From contig JACOSX010000129.1 in NCBI GenBank assembly GCA_016178625.1, positions 3,898-67,897 of the forward strand: a stretch of DNA of 64,000 bases, given 5' to 3'. Origin of the DNA: Ignavibacteria bacterium (GTDB lineage: Bacteria > Bacteroidota > Ignavibacteria > UBA10030 > SZUA-254). The position numbers and the translations under genes are program-made. Positions 19,406 through 28,336 of this stretch are shown piece by piece. A model generated the notes under the pieces. That model worked only from the letters and a program-made list of their open reading frames with translations. It was not told the origin of the DNA and searched no databases. Each line of letters begins with the position of its first letter. The stretch's first letter is position 1.

Positions 19406-20863
19406 TTGTTGAGTGCCATTGAAGGACTGAAGCCTGAACTCGTGTGGAAGTACTTCGCCGAGATCGCACGCATCCCCCGATGCTCGAAGCATGAAGAGGC
19501 GATGACGAGATATGTCATTGAAACAGCTAAGCGGCTTGGTCTTGCAGCAAAGCAAGACACGTTTGGAAACGTTGTCGTGAAAAAACTTGCCTCCCGAGGA
19601 TACGAAAATCGACGGAGTGTCGCGTTGCAAGGACATCTCGACATGGTCTGCGAGAAGAACGCCGACAAGATGCACGACTTCTCCAAAGATCCAATCGAAC
19701 TCGTCCGTAAAGGAAACGTCATGATGGCAAACGGCACGACACTCGGCGCCGATAACGGCATCGCTGTTGCGACGAACCTTGCGATCATGGAAGATAGATC
19801 ACTCGAGCACGGTCCCCTCGAATTTCTCTTTACTGTCGATGAAGAAACCGGTCTGACGGGCGCTCATAATCTCCAGGGTGATTTCCTGGAGAGCAAGACA
19901 TTGCTTAATCTCGACTCTGAAGAGGAAGGATCGCTCTACGTGGGGTGTTCCGGTGGGAAAGACACCTTGGGCACGTGGAAGGTCGAGTTTGAGAAGGCGC
20001 CGGCAGAATCAACCGCTGCGCGTTTGAGTGTGAAGGGACTTCGCGGTGGGCATTCGGGATTAGAGATCGACAAAGGGCGCGGAAATGCGATCAAAATTCT
20101 CAACCGAGTATTAATCCGCTTGAGCGACCTTGGCGTGAGACTTTCGTTGGTCGAGGGAGGTAATAAGCGCAACGCCATCCCGAGGGAATGTGAAGCAGTT
20201 GTGTTCGTGCCGAGTAAGAAAATGAAGGAGGTGGAATCAGTCATTCGCCGGCTCAACGAAACACTTGGAGCAGAAATTTCTTCAGTCGATCCACAACTAC
20301 AGATCAGTTTGGCAGCGGATCCGAAGATGAAAAGGGGCAAAGTTATCAAGAAAGCCAAGCAAAAGGAAATTTCGCAGACGCTTGCCGCTCTCCCGCATGG
20401 GGTCTTGAAGATGAGCGCTGATATTCCCGGGCTCGTCGAGACATCGACGAATGTCGCCGTGATTGGCACGAAGAGAAATTCGGTTGAGATTGCGACAAGT
20501 CAGCGGAGTTCAGTCGCATCCGAGCTGATTGAAGCCGTAGAAACAGTGTGTTCAATCCTTGAACTTGGAGATGCCTCGGTTGAATACACCGATGGTTGTC
20601 CCGGATGGAAACCAAACCTTAGTTCTCCAATCTTGAAGATAGCCAAAGAGACCTACAAATCTCTGTATGGTAAGGAACCGGCAGTCAAAGCCATCCATGC
20701 GGGACTCGAGTGCGGCATCATTGGCGAAAAATTTACAGGCATGGACATGGTCTCATTCGGTCCGACACTGGAAGGTGTACACTCGCCCGATGAAAAGATT
20801 TACATCGACACGGTGGAAAAGTTTTACAATTTTCTGCTGGCGATACTGAAGAATGTAACGTAA
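19406..20863 (+). CDS. pepD: Aminoacyl-histidine dipeptidase (M20C)
   Basis: LQGHLDMVCEK, TTLGADNGI, DEETGLTGA, LNLDSEE, GGHSG, IHAGLECG and HSPDE motifs. Confidence 0.93.
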   Translation: MLSAIEGLKPELVWKYFAEIARIPRCSKHEEAMTRYVIETAKRLGLAAKQDTFGNVVVKKLASRGYENRRSVALQGHLDMVCEKNADKMHDFSKDPIELVRKGNVMMANGTTLGADNGIAVATNLAIMEDRSLEHGPLEFLFTVDEETGLTGAHNLQGDFLESKTLLNLDSEEEGSLYVGCSGGKDTLGTWKVEFEKAPAESTAARLSVKGLRGGHSGLEIDKGRGNAIKILNRVLIRLSDLGVRLSLVEGGNKRNAIPRECEAVVFVPSKKMKEVESVIRRLNETLGAEISSVDPQLQISLAADPKMKRGKVIKKAKQKEISQTLAALPHGVLKMSADIPGLVETSTNVAVIGTKRNSVEIATSQRSSVASELIEAVETVCSILELGDASVEYTDGCPGWKPNLSSPILKIAKETYKSLYGKEPAVKAIHAGLECGIIGEKFTGMDMVSFGPTLEGVHSPDEKIYIDTVEKFYNFLLAILKNVT

Positions 20864-20870
20864 CACTGCA

Positions 20871-20920
20871 AGACCTCCGACTTCCTACCGGGGTTGATCC
20901 TAGCAAGAAGTCGGAGGTCT
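20871..20920. repeat. REP-like inverted repeat just after the pepD stop
   Basis: Perfect 14-bp arms agacctccgacttc/gaagtcggaggtct with a 22-nt loop and no U tract. Confidence 0.7.
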
Positions 20921-21014
20921 ACACGGCGTGGAGATTCTCCGCCTTTGCATCTTCCCCAATTTTTCTCTATTTTCCTCCCTAAGTTAAAATTTACTGGATA
21001 ATATTTAGGCACTC

Positions 21015-21099
21015 TGCGCCAAAGGCGCATCCGCTCGACGAGTCGTCCACGACCCGAAGGGTCGATAGACCCGTCGGGAGTCGTCGACCTCTGGCGGAC
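21015..21099. repeat. Nested REP-like palindromes
   Basis: tgcgcc-aaa-ggcgca, then tccgc...gcgga enclosing tcgacga...tcgtcga, which encloses gtccacgacccgaagggtcgatagac. Confidence 0.75.
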
Positions 21100-21124
21100 A
21101 TCACTCCACTAAATTGAGAGACGC

Positions 21125-23275
21125 ATGTCAACATCTCCCGGAGTTCCTTCATCATCAAAAACGAGTTCTGCTCTCGAACATTTCAAGCCTTACATTCCTG
21201 CAAGCCAGTCACCTGCAGAGATGACCTTCCGAGCGCTCGTGCTCGGCTCGGTGCTTGGCATTGTGTTCGGCGCGGCGTCGGTGTATCTCGGACTTCGCGT
21301 TGGGCTAACAACCTCGGCGTCGATTCCCATCGCTGTCATGGCGATCACCATCTTGAAGAAGCTCCAAGGGAACACCGCGCTCGAAAACAACATCGTGCAG
21401 ACTGTTGGCTCCGCCGGGGAATCAATTGCCGCTGCCGTTGTGTTTACTATACCTGCTTTGATCTTTCTCGGCTTCCCTCTGAAGATGTCGATCACGCTTC
21501 TTATCGCATTGACGGGTGGTGTGCTCGGTGTATTGATGATGATTCCTCTCAGGCGCTATCTCATAGTCAAAGAACATGGCAACCTGAGATTCCCGGAAGG
21601 CACAGCATGTGCGGAGATCATTAAAGCGGGTGAAGTGGGTGGAACTTCAGCGGCGAAGATTTTCAAAGGCATCGGCATTGGCGCGCTCTGGAAAGGATTG
21701 CCGACACTGTTGGGGTTCTGGAAGCCAACCGTGGCTCAAGATATCGGATTTTATCGCGGCGCCTCGGTAGGGATGGATGTCGCACCGGAGTTAATGGGCG
21801 TCGGATACATCATCGGTTGGCAGACGTCCCTCATCATGGTCGGCGGCGGACTGATGGCATCGTTGATCATTTCGCCTATCATCGCTTTCATCGGGAAAAT
21901 TTCGACGCAGGCGATTTATCCAGGAACGGTTCCGATCAGCGAGATGAGCACATATGACATCTGGAGGTTCTACATCAAGTATATGGGAGCGGGGGCAGTT
22001 GCAACGGGCGGCATCGTCGGATTGATCAGAGCGTTTCCCGCAATCTGGGACTCGATCAGAGCGTCGATCAAACAACTCGCGGGTGAACGATTAAGCAATG
22101 ACCATACAGCGACGATTGAACGGACTGAGCGCGATACACCTATCACAATCGTCGGACTTGGGACGATAGCATTGATCGTGTTCATCTGGCTTGTGCCGAC
22201 GTTTCGTGTGAATATTCTCGGAGCAGCGCTCATTGTGATTTTTGGATTCCTCTTTTCCGTTGTCTCTGCGAGGATCACCGGGATTGTCGGTTCATCATCG
22301 AGTCCGCTTTCAGGCATGACGATCGCGGTGCTGATGGGGACATGTCTCATCTTTCTTGCGGTTGGCTGGAAGGGACAGGAGTATACGTACCTTGCGCTCG
22401 TTATCGGAGCCACGGTATGTATCGCTATCAGTAATGCCGGAACGACTGCGCAGGATTTGAAAACCGGACATCTGTTGGGATCCACACCAAAAGCACAGCA
22501 GTTTGCCTTACTGATCGGTGTCGTCACATCTGCGGCGGTTGTCGGTATCACTATGCTTCTCTTGAATGAAAGTCAGTCCAAGGAGATCGCGCTGCAGAAG
22601 CCCTTTACCCCGCCAACGATTTCCCTCCAGCGAGCGGAAGAGATGCAAGGAAAAGATGGCAAAACATATCTCTTGGCAAAGGTCGTCGGTGAGCAAGGAA
22701 TTGAGCCGGGCAACTATTTAGTTGATCCACAAACGAAGCAGGCGGTGCTGAGGCGGGTGGATGGTATCGGAGGACGTGAGCTTGCTGCGCCTCAATCAAA
22801 TTTGATGGCGGTCCTCATTGGCGGACTGCTTGAGCAAAAGCTCCCGTGGGATCTGATCATGATTGGGGCAAGCATTGCGATCTTTATGGAGCTCATCGGC
22901 TTCCATTCCCTCACGTTCGCGGTAGGTTTTTATCTTCCGCTGTCGTCGACATTTCCGATCTTCATCGGTGGTCTCGTGCGGAAGATCGCGGACAGGCGCT
23001 ACAAGCGAGAGCCGGATTCTACTGAGGAAAGTGAAGGCACGCTCTTCTCGTCAGGTCTCATCGCTGGTGGTGCGCTTCTCGGCATGCTCGGCGCGTTCCT
23101 GAACTTCATCCCGAACTTCATCGATGATACTACCGGGTTGCCTCTCGGCATGGCTGTCGGGTACAACTATCTGAGATTCTTGTGGGATTGGGATGTCGTT
23201 GCGGTGATGATGTTTACCATCCTTGGATATTTGTTGTTCAGAGGAGCGGCCGAAAACAAGACAAGCAAAGCCTGA
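21125..23275 (+). CDS. OPT-family oligopeptide transporter (second paralogue)
   Basis: YLGLRVGLT.SASIP, ENNIVQT.GSAGES, LRFPEG, GSSSSPLSGM, QDLKTG and APQSNLM motifs. Confidence 0.92.
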   Translation: MSTSPGVPSSSKTSSALEHFKPYIPASQSPAEMTFRALVLGSVLGIVFGAASVYLGLRVGLTTSASIPIAVMAITILKKLQGNTALENNIVQTVGSAGESIAAAVVFTIPALIFLGFPLKMSITLLIALTGGVLGVLMMIPLRRYLIVKEHGNLRFPEGTACAEIIKAGEVGGTSAAKIFKGIGIGALWKGLPTLLGFWKPTVAQDIGFYRGASVGMDVAPELMGVGYIIGWQTSLIMVGGGLMASLIISPIIAFIGKISTQAIYPGTVPISEMSTYDIWRFYIKYMGAGAVATGGIVGLIRAFPAIWDSIRASIKQLAGERLSNDHTATIERTERDTPITIVGLGTIALIVFIWLVPTFRVNILGAALIVIFGFLFSVVSARITGIVGSSSSPLSGMTIAVLMGTCLIFLAVGWKGQEYTYLALVIGATVCIAISNAGTTAQDLKTGHLLGSTPKAQQFALLIGVVTSAAVVGITMLLLNESQSKEIALQKPFTPPTISLQRAEEMQGKDGKTYLLAKVVGEQGIEPGNYLVDPQTKQAVLRRVDGIGGRELAAPQSNLMAVLIGGLLEQKLPWDLIMIGASIAIFMELIGFHSLTFAVGFYLPLSSTFPIFIGGLVRKIADRRYKREPDSTEESEGTLFSSGLIAGGALLGMLGAFLNFIPNFIDDTTGLPLGMAVGYNYLRFLWDWDVVAVMMFTILGYLLFRGAAENKTSKA

Positions 23276-23278
23276 GTT

Positions 23279-23715
23279 ATTTCGAATTTCGAATTAAACG
23301 ATTCAAAAACTTATTGGGAGGAAGCATGACAACAGAAGAACTGAAAAATAAAACGAAGAAAGTCGCTCTGCGAGTCATACGACTTACGGCAACGTTACCA
23401 AATAGCCGCGAAGCTGAAGTCATCGGTCGGCAGTTACTGCGATCTGGCACTTCGGTCGGGGCAAACTATCGATCTGCCTGCAAAGCTCGCTCAAAGGCGG
23501 ATTTCATCAGCAAGATTGGTATTGTTGAAGAGGAAGCGGATGAATCGTTATACTGGATGGAGTTACTCATGGATTCACAAATCGTCAAATCTGAACAGAT
23601 GATTCCGCTTCACGCAGAAATGAAAGAACTGACGGCGATCTTTACGGCATCTGGTCGGACCGCGAAGCGAAACCGGTAATACAAAATTCACACTCCGCAA
23701 TTCGAGATTCGAAAT
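23279..23715. mobile_element. IVS-like cassette: four-helix-bundle gene enclosed by inverted 7-mer arrays
   Basis: Left arm atttcgaatttcgaatt (23279-23295) complements right arm aattcgagattcgaaat (23699-23715) at 16 of 17 positions, the other being a G-U pair. Mobility is inferred, not shown. Confidence 0.55.
23326..23679 (+). CDS. Four helix bundle protein (TIGR02436 / 23S rRNA intervening-sequence protein family)
   Basis: GGGAGG SD and ATG 23326; 117 aa; RQLLRSGTSVGANYRSAC.ARSKADFISK.GIVEEEADES.YW.EL signature. Confidence 0.9.
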   Translation: MTTEELKNKTKKVALRVIRLTATLPNSREAEVIGRQLLRSGTSVGANYRSACKARSKADFISKIGIVEEEADESLYWMELLMDSQIVKSEQMIPLHAEMKELTAIFTASGRTAKRNR

Positions 23716-23718
23716 CAC

Positions 23719-24681
23719 ATGGTGTCTGACTTACACTCCGCCGCCCTCATCGCTGTCCGCGACTGCATGGGCGTGAAGCCTGGAGAAAAGGTGCTCGTGG
23801 TAACCGATGAGCCGTTGCGTAAGATTGGCTATGCACTCTGGCGCGCAGCGAAGGATTTGGGAAACGAAGTCCTCTTTGTAGAAATCTTCCCACGCAAGAC
23901 CAACGGCGAAGAACCTCCGTTGGAGGTTGCCGAGTTAATGAAAATGGCCGACGTTGTTCTTGCGCCGACATCGAAGTCATTGACCCATACAGACTCGCGT
24001 CGGGCTGCAAGTGCGAGAGGCGCTCGTGTGGCGACGTTACCAGGCGTAACCGAAGAGATCATGATCCGATGTATGAACGCCGATTACCACCGGATCGCTG
24101 AACGAACCTTCCGGCTTTGTGAGATGTTAGAAAAGACGAAGACTGTTCGTGTCACTGCTCCACGAGGGACCGATGTCACTCTCCCGATTGAAGGTCGGCG
24201 CGCCTACGCAAGCTCCGGCTTATTTCATCAGAAGGGTGAATCAGGAAACCTGCCGACCGGCGAAGCCTATCTCGCACCACTCGAGGGAACGTCTAACGGC
24301 GTCGTGGCAGTCGATGGCTCGATGGCGATGATAGGCATGGTCAAGCAGCCTATCAAGATTGTAGTCCGTAATGGATACGCCGAGGAGATCACAGGCGGTG
24401 GGGAGGCTTACCGACTCACCAAATTGCTTGAACCACACGGAAGAGAGGGACGCACTGTAGCTGAGTTTGGCATCGGCACGAATGACAAAGCGATCCTTTC
24501 AGGCCTCATCCTTGAGGATGAAAAAGTGATGGGGACGATTCACATCGCCTTCGGTGATAACAAATCTATGGGAGGAACTGTGCGCGTTGCAAGCCATCTC
24601 GATGGATTGATTAGAGAGCCGACGGTATGGTTCGATGATCGGATCATTATGAAGGACGGAGCGTTCACTGTTTCAGTATGA
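23719..24681 (+). CDS. Thermophilic metalloprotease (M29-like) aminopeptidase
   Basis: GEEPP, SLTHT, NLPTGEAY.AP, AEFGIGTN, EDEK..GTIHIAFGDN and HLDG motifs. Confidence 0.85.
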   Translation: MVSDLHSAALIAVRDCMGVKPGEKVLVVTDEPLRKIGYALWRAAKDLGNEVLFVEIFPRKTNGEEPPLEVAELMKMADVVLAPTSKSLTHTDSRRAASARGARVATLPGVTEEIMIRCMNADYHRIAERTFRLCEMLEKTKTVRVTAPRGTDVTLPIEGRRAYASSGLFHQKGESGNLPTGEAYLAPLEGTSNGVVAVDGSMAMIGMVKQPIKIVVRNGYAEEITGGGEAYRLTKLLEPHGREGRTVAEFGIGTNDKAILSGLILEDEKVMGTIHIAFGDNKSMGGTVRVASHLDGLIREPTVWFDDRIIMKDGAFTVSV

Positions 24682-24741
24682 TCGAGTGATTTCGAATTGC
24701 GAATCTTGAATTGCGGATTGTAACGATTTCAGGGAGGATAC

Positions 24742-25104
24742 ATGACGCCAGAAGATATTAAGAGAACGTACGAAACAGGTTGCAGTGAAAGTTGTTCACC
24801 TTTCGGAGTCGCTGCCTCGAACTCGAGAAACGGAGGTTATCGGAAGACAATTGTTGCGATCGGCAACTTCCGTTGGCGCGAATTACCGGGCTGCCTGTAG
24901 GGCGAGATCAAAGGCGGATTTCATTAATAAGATCGGCATCGTCGAAGAGGAGGCGGACGAAACACTGCTGTGGCTTGAATTGATTATTGATGCAAAATTG
25001 CTTGATCGACATCGTGTGAAAGTCTTCTGACCGAAGTTTCAGAATTGACTGCGATATTTGCTGCATCGCGGATCACTGCTTCCAAACATCTGCGCAAATC
25101 GTAA
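24742..25104 (+). pseudogene. Second four helix bundle gene with two frameshifts
   Basis: GGGAGG SD and ATG 24742 (MTPEDIK). One extra base near 24763-24766, then RTKQVAVKVV...RQLLRSATSVGANYRAAC. One missing base near 25019-25021, then SLLTEVSELTAIFAASRITA...TAA at 25104. Confidence 0.8.
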
Positions 25105-25139
25105 ATCGCAATTTGGCAATTGTAAATTGGCAATAGAAA

Positions 25140-25535
25140 ATGGCAAAGTATCTCCACCAGAAACACTTCACTCTCGATCAGGCGAGGCGCATGGTGTCCG
25201 GCATCAGTCATCTTGTCGAAGAAATTGTTACATTGAAGAAGAAGCTGGATGAGCGCGGGTTTGATGTCTACCGCCATCAATATTTTGGTGGAAGCGGTCC
25301 GAATGGTGAGCGATTTTTCCCGCCGGAATTGGAGCGACTCGTTGAAATTGCCAAACAACTCGATCGGAAAGGCATTGTCATCAAGGGGCTCGACGAAGGA
25401 TTAATCGATTTTCCTCATGTTCGGTCTAATGGGGAAGAAGTGTATTTGTGTTGGAAATTGGGCGAAAGCGAAATAAATTTCTGGCACCTCATCCCTGATG
25501 GATTTGTTGGACGTAAACCAGTGAGCGACTTGTAA
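25140..25535 (+). CDS. DUF2203-family protein
   Basis: FTLDQA N-terminus; GIVIKGLDEGLIDFP...EVYLCWKLGE..I.FWH....GF.GRKP. Confidence 0.85.
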   Translation: MAKYLHQKHFTLDQARRMVSGISHLVEEIVTLKKKLDERGFDVYRHQYFGGSGPNGERFFPPELERLVEIAKQLDRKGIVIKGLDEGLIDFPHVRSNGEEVYLCWKLGESEINFWHLIPDGFVGRKPVSDL

Positions 25536-25603
25536 TCTATGCGGGGTTGAGTCGGTAGGGTCAAATCAATCGTATGTCTCATATGTAAAATCATCTCATA
25601 GCA

Positions 25604-26989
25604 ATGAAAAGAATATATCTCTATCTCATGTTAGGAGTCATCGTTCTGGGGACCGCAGGATACTTTTGGCTTGCAGGCTCCAACAACAACAACGTCAAGT
25701 ACCGTACAGAAAAAGTGTCCCGCGGTGACATCATCGTACAAGTTCGCGCGACCGGAACGATCAATCCTGTTCAAACAGTGCAAGTTGGCAGTCAGGTCTC
25801 AGGCATAATCTCCAGGATGTTTGTTGATTTTAATTCCGAGGTGAAGAAGGGTCAAATCATCGCTGTCATCGATTCGACATTCCTCTACGCTTCGGTAAAG
25901 GAAGCGGAAGCAAATCTTGAGCGAAACCAGGCGCAAGTGAATGAAGCGAAGCGAAGTCTCACTCGCACAGAAGAGTTGTTCAAGAAAGATCTCGTCTCGC
26001 AGGCTGACCTCGACGCTGCAAAAACTGCATACGAAAGTGCTCTTGCCCAGCTTAAGCAAACGCAAGCAGCCCTTGATAGAACTAAAGTCAATCTCCGGTA
26101 TGCCATTATCCGTGCACCTATTGATGGAGTTGTGATTTCTCGTGATGTGGATGTCGGGCAAACAGTTGCTGCAAGTCTGCAGACCCCCAAGCTCTTTTCT
26201 ATCGCGAACGACCTGAAGCGCATGCAGGTTGAAGCGAGTGTGGATGAGGCGGACATTGGACAAATCAAAGAGGGTCAGAGCGTTTCTTTCACTGTTGACG
26301 CGTATCCCTACGAACAGTTCCGAGGGAGTGTGACACAAGTTCGGCTTGCGCCGGTGAATGTGCAAAACGTTGTCACGTACACCGTCGTCATCGAGGTGCC
26401 GAATCCTGATCTCAAACTCCGCCCTGGGATGACGGCAACTGTATCAGTCCTCGTCGATAAAAAAGAAAATGTATTACGAGTGCCGACACTCGCGCTACGC
26501 TTTCAGCCACCGGCAGAAGTGATGGAGAAGTTGAAGGAGCAAAAGAATCAATCCGAACCTCCTCAAGCGACAGAACAACAGGGAGACAGCGGAAGAGCAG
26601 AGCAGCTGAAGAGAAGAGGTGAGTGGGAGAATCGGGGAAGCGGAGACGAGAAAAAGCAGCAGATCGGTGAAGGGGGACGTGAGCGATGGCGGGACCGGAT
26701 GGTGCAAGAGGGGGGACACCACGATAGCGAGATGACAACGCGACGTGATGTAAGAAAAACCGAGATAGCTCGCGTCTGGATTCTCGAAAATGGAAAAAAT
26801 CTGAAATCTATATCGGTTCACACGGGGCTTAATGACAATCGTTATGTTGAAGTAACCTGGGGCGAGTTGAAGGAAAGCGACGAGATTGTCCTCGGCACGA
26901 CGGGCGTTGAGACAGCTTCCGGACCGATGCAGCAAACAAATCCTTTCCAGCCACGTACGCCCGGCGGCGGGGGACGACGAGGTTTCTAA
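25604..26989 (+). CDS. MacA-like efflux periplasmic adaptor subunit
   Basis: N-terminal anchor; ATGTINP...V.VGSQVSG, IRAPIDGVVI, GQTVAAS, VDEADIG and LRPGMTA motifs. Confidence 0.92.
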   Translation: MKRIYLYLMLGVIVLGTAGYFWLAGSNNNNVKYRTEKVSRGDIIVQVRATGTINPVQTVQVGSQVSGIISRMFVDFNSEVKKGQIIAVIDSTFLYASVKEAEANLERNQAQVNEAKRSLTRTEELFKKDLVSQADLDAAKTAYESALAQLKQTQAALDRTKVNLRYAIIRAPIDGVVISRDVDVGQTVAASLQTPKLFSIANDLKRMQVEASVDEADIGQIKEGQSVSFTVDAYPYEQFRGSVTQVRLAPVNVQNVVTYTVVIEVPNPDLKLRPGMTATVSVLVDKKENVLRVPTLALRFQPPAEVMEKLKEQKNQSEPPQATEQQGDSGRAEQLKRRGEWENRGSGDEKKQQIGEGGRERWRDRMVQEGGHHDSEMTTRRDVRKTEIARVWILENGKNLKSISVHTGLNDNRYVEVTWGELKESDEIVLGTTGVETASGPMQQTNPFQPRTPGGGGRRGF

Positions 26990-27017
26990 TGTCCATCGTT
27001 CCAATCTGAAATTAGCC

Positions 27018-28238
27018 ATGATGCGGTTTATCGAAATCCTTCGCATCGCATTCGATGCACTCTTGCGCAATAAGATGCGTTCCTTGCTCACGATGCTTGG
27101 TATCATCATTGGCGTTGGTGCAGTGATCGCTATGGTTGCTGTTGGAAAGGGTGCGCAAGTCTCTGTTGATGCGCAGATCAGCTCTCTTGGCACAAATGTC
27201 CTTCTGATCTTTCCCGGAACGACTACGCGAGGCGGCGTCATGGTAGGTGCCGGTTCGGGAACGTCGCTTACAGAAGAAGACGGTCAGGCAGTGAGGGAAC
27301 AATGTCCTGCCGTCGCGCATATTAGTCCGCTTCTGCGGTCAGGTGGTCAGGTGGTGTATGGTAATCTCAATTGGGGAACGAGCCTCCAGGGCGGTTCGCC
27401 GGATTACTTCGCGATCCGTGACTGGCGGATCGATGACGGCGATTTCTTCGGTGATCAGGATGTACGAGGCTCCACGAAAGTATGTTTGTTGGGACGAACC
27501 GTCGTCAAGCAACTTTTTGAATCTGACAATCCCATCGGACAAACCCTTCGTATCCGCAATATCCCTTTCAAGGTCGTTGGGACGTTGAAACCCAAGGGAC
27601 AGAACATGATGGGACAGGATCAGGACGATATCATCATCATTCCCTATACAACATTACAGAAGCGACTGATGGGCAACACGCGAAGCTGGGGTTACATTGT
27701 TTCCGCGGTGAGCAAGAGTCAGATTCTGGAGGCACAGCAGCAGATCACCGATCTTCTCCGAGTTCGCCACAAAACAGCACCGACGGAGGACAATGATTTT
27801 ACGATCCGTACTCAAACGGAAATTGCCGAAGCTTCCCAGTCAACATCGAAGATCATGACCACCCTTCTCGCGAGCATAGCGTCTGTTTCACTGATCGTTG
27901 GCGGGATCGGCATCATGAACATCATGCTTGTTTCGGTGACAGAACGGACACGAGAGATCGGCGTTCGCATGTCCATCGGTGCGCGAAAGCGTGACATCCT
28001 TACGCAGTTCTTGATGGAAGCGATTGTGTTGAGTTTGTTGGGAGGATGTATTGGGATTGCACTTGGTGTGGCGGGATCGAATCTTGTCTCAAGTCTTGCC
28101 GGGTGGCCCACGTTTGTCACCTCGGACTCGATCATTCTCGCTGTGTTTTTCTCGATGTTAGTCGGCGTGTTCTTCGGGTTCTACCCTGCACGCAAAGCTT
28201 CCCTGCTCAGTCCGATTGACGCGTTGAGGTATGAGTGA
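27018..28238 (+). CDS. MacB/FtsX-family ABC permease (no ATPase domain)
   Basis: RNKMRSLLTMLGIIIGV, GGIGIMNIMLVSVTERTREIG and FGFYPARKA..L.PIDALRYE motifs; start at ATG 27018 or 27021. Confidence 0.92.
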   Translation: MMRFIEILRIAFDALLRNKMRSLLTMLGIIIGVGAVIAMVAVGKGAQVSVDAQISSLGTNVLLIFPGTTTRGGVMVGAGSGTSLTEEDGQAVREQCPAVAHISPLLRSGGQVVYGNLNWGTSLQGGSPDYFAIRDWRIDDGDFFGDQDVRGSTKVCLLGRTVVKQLFESDNPIGQTLRIRNIPFKVVGTLKPKGQNMMGQDQDDIIIIPYTTLQKRLMGNTRSWGYIVSAVSKSQILEAQQQITDLLRVRHKTAPTEDNDFTIRTQTEIAEASQSTSKIMTTLLASIASVSLIVGGIGIMNIMLVSVTERTREIGVRMSIGARKRDILTQFLMEAIVLSLLGGCIGIALGVAGSNLVSSLAGWPTFVTSDSIILAVFFSMLVGVFFGFYPARKASLLSPIDALRYE

Positions 28239-28260
28239 GTTCGTCTAATTCTTCTCCCCA

Positions 28261-28289
28261 TTGAACTAGTGACGAAAAAGTCTTAGATT
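28261..28289 (+). promoter_or_regulatory. Possible sigma70 promoter for uvrB
   Basis: TTGAAC-17 nt-TAGATT. Confidence 0.4.
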
Positions 28290-28336
28290 AACTGGAGTGG
28301 AAAATTAGTTCCTGAAAGTCTATCCAGTCTTGGCAA

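Noticed and set aside
23326-25104. Diversity-generating retroelement, suggested by the Avd-like fold
   Set aside because: No reverse transcriptase and no template/variable repeat pair with adenine-specific mismatches in the window.
28299-28312. LexA box upstream of uvrB (GGAA-N6-TTCC)
   Set aside because: The spacing matches no SOS box I know, and one 4-bp inverted repeat is expected by chance.
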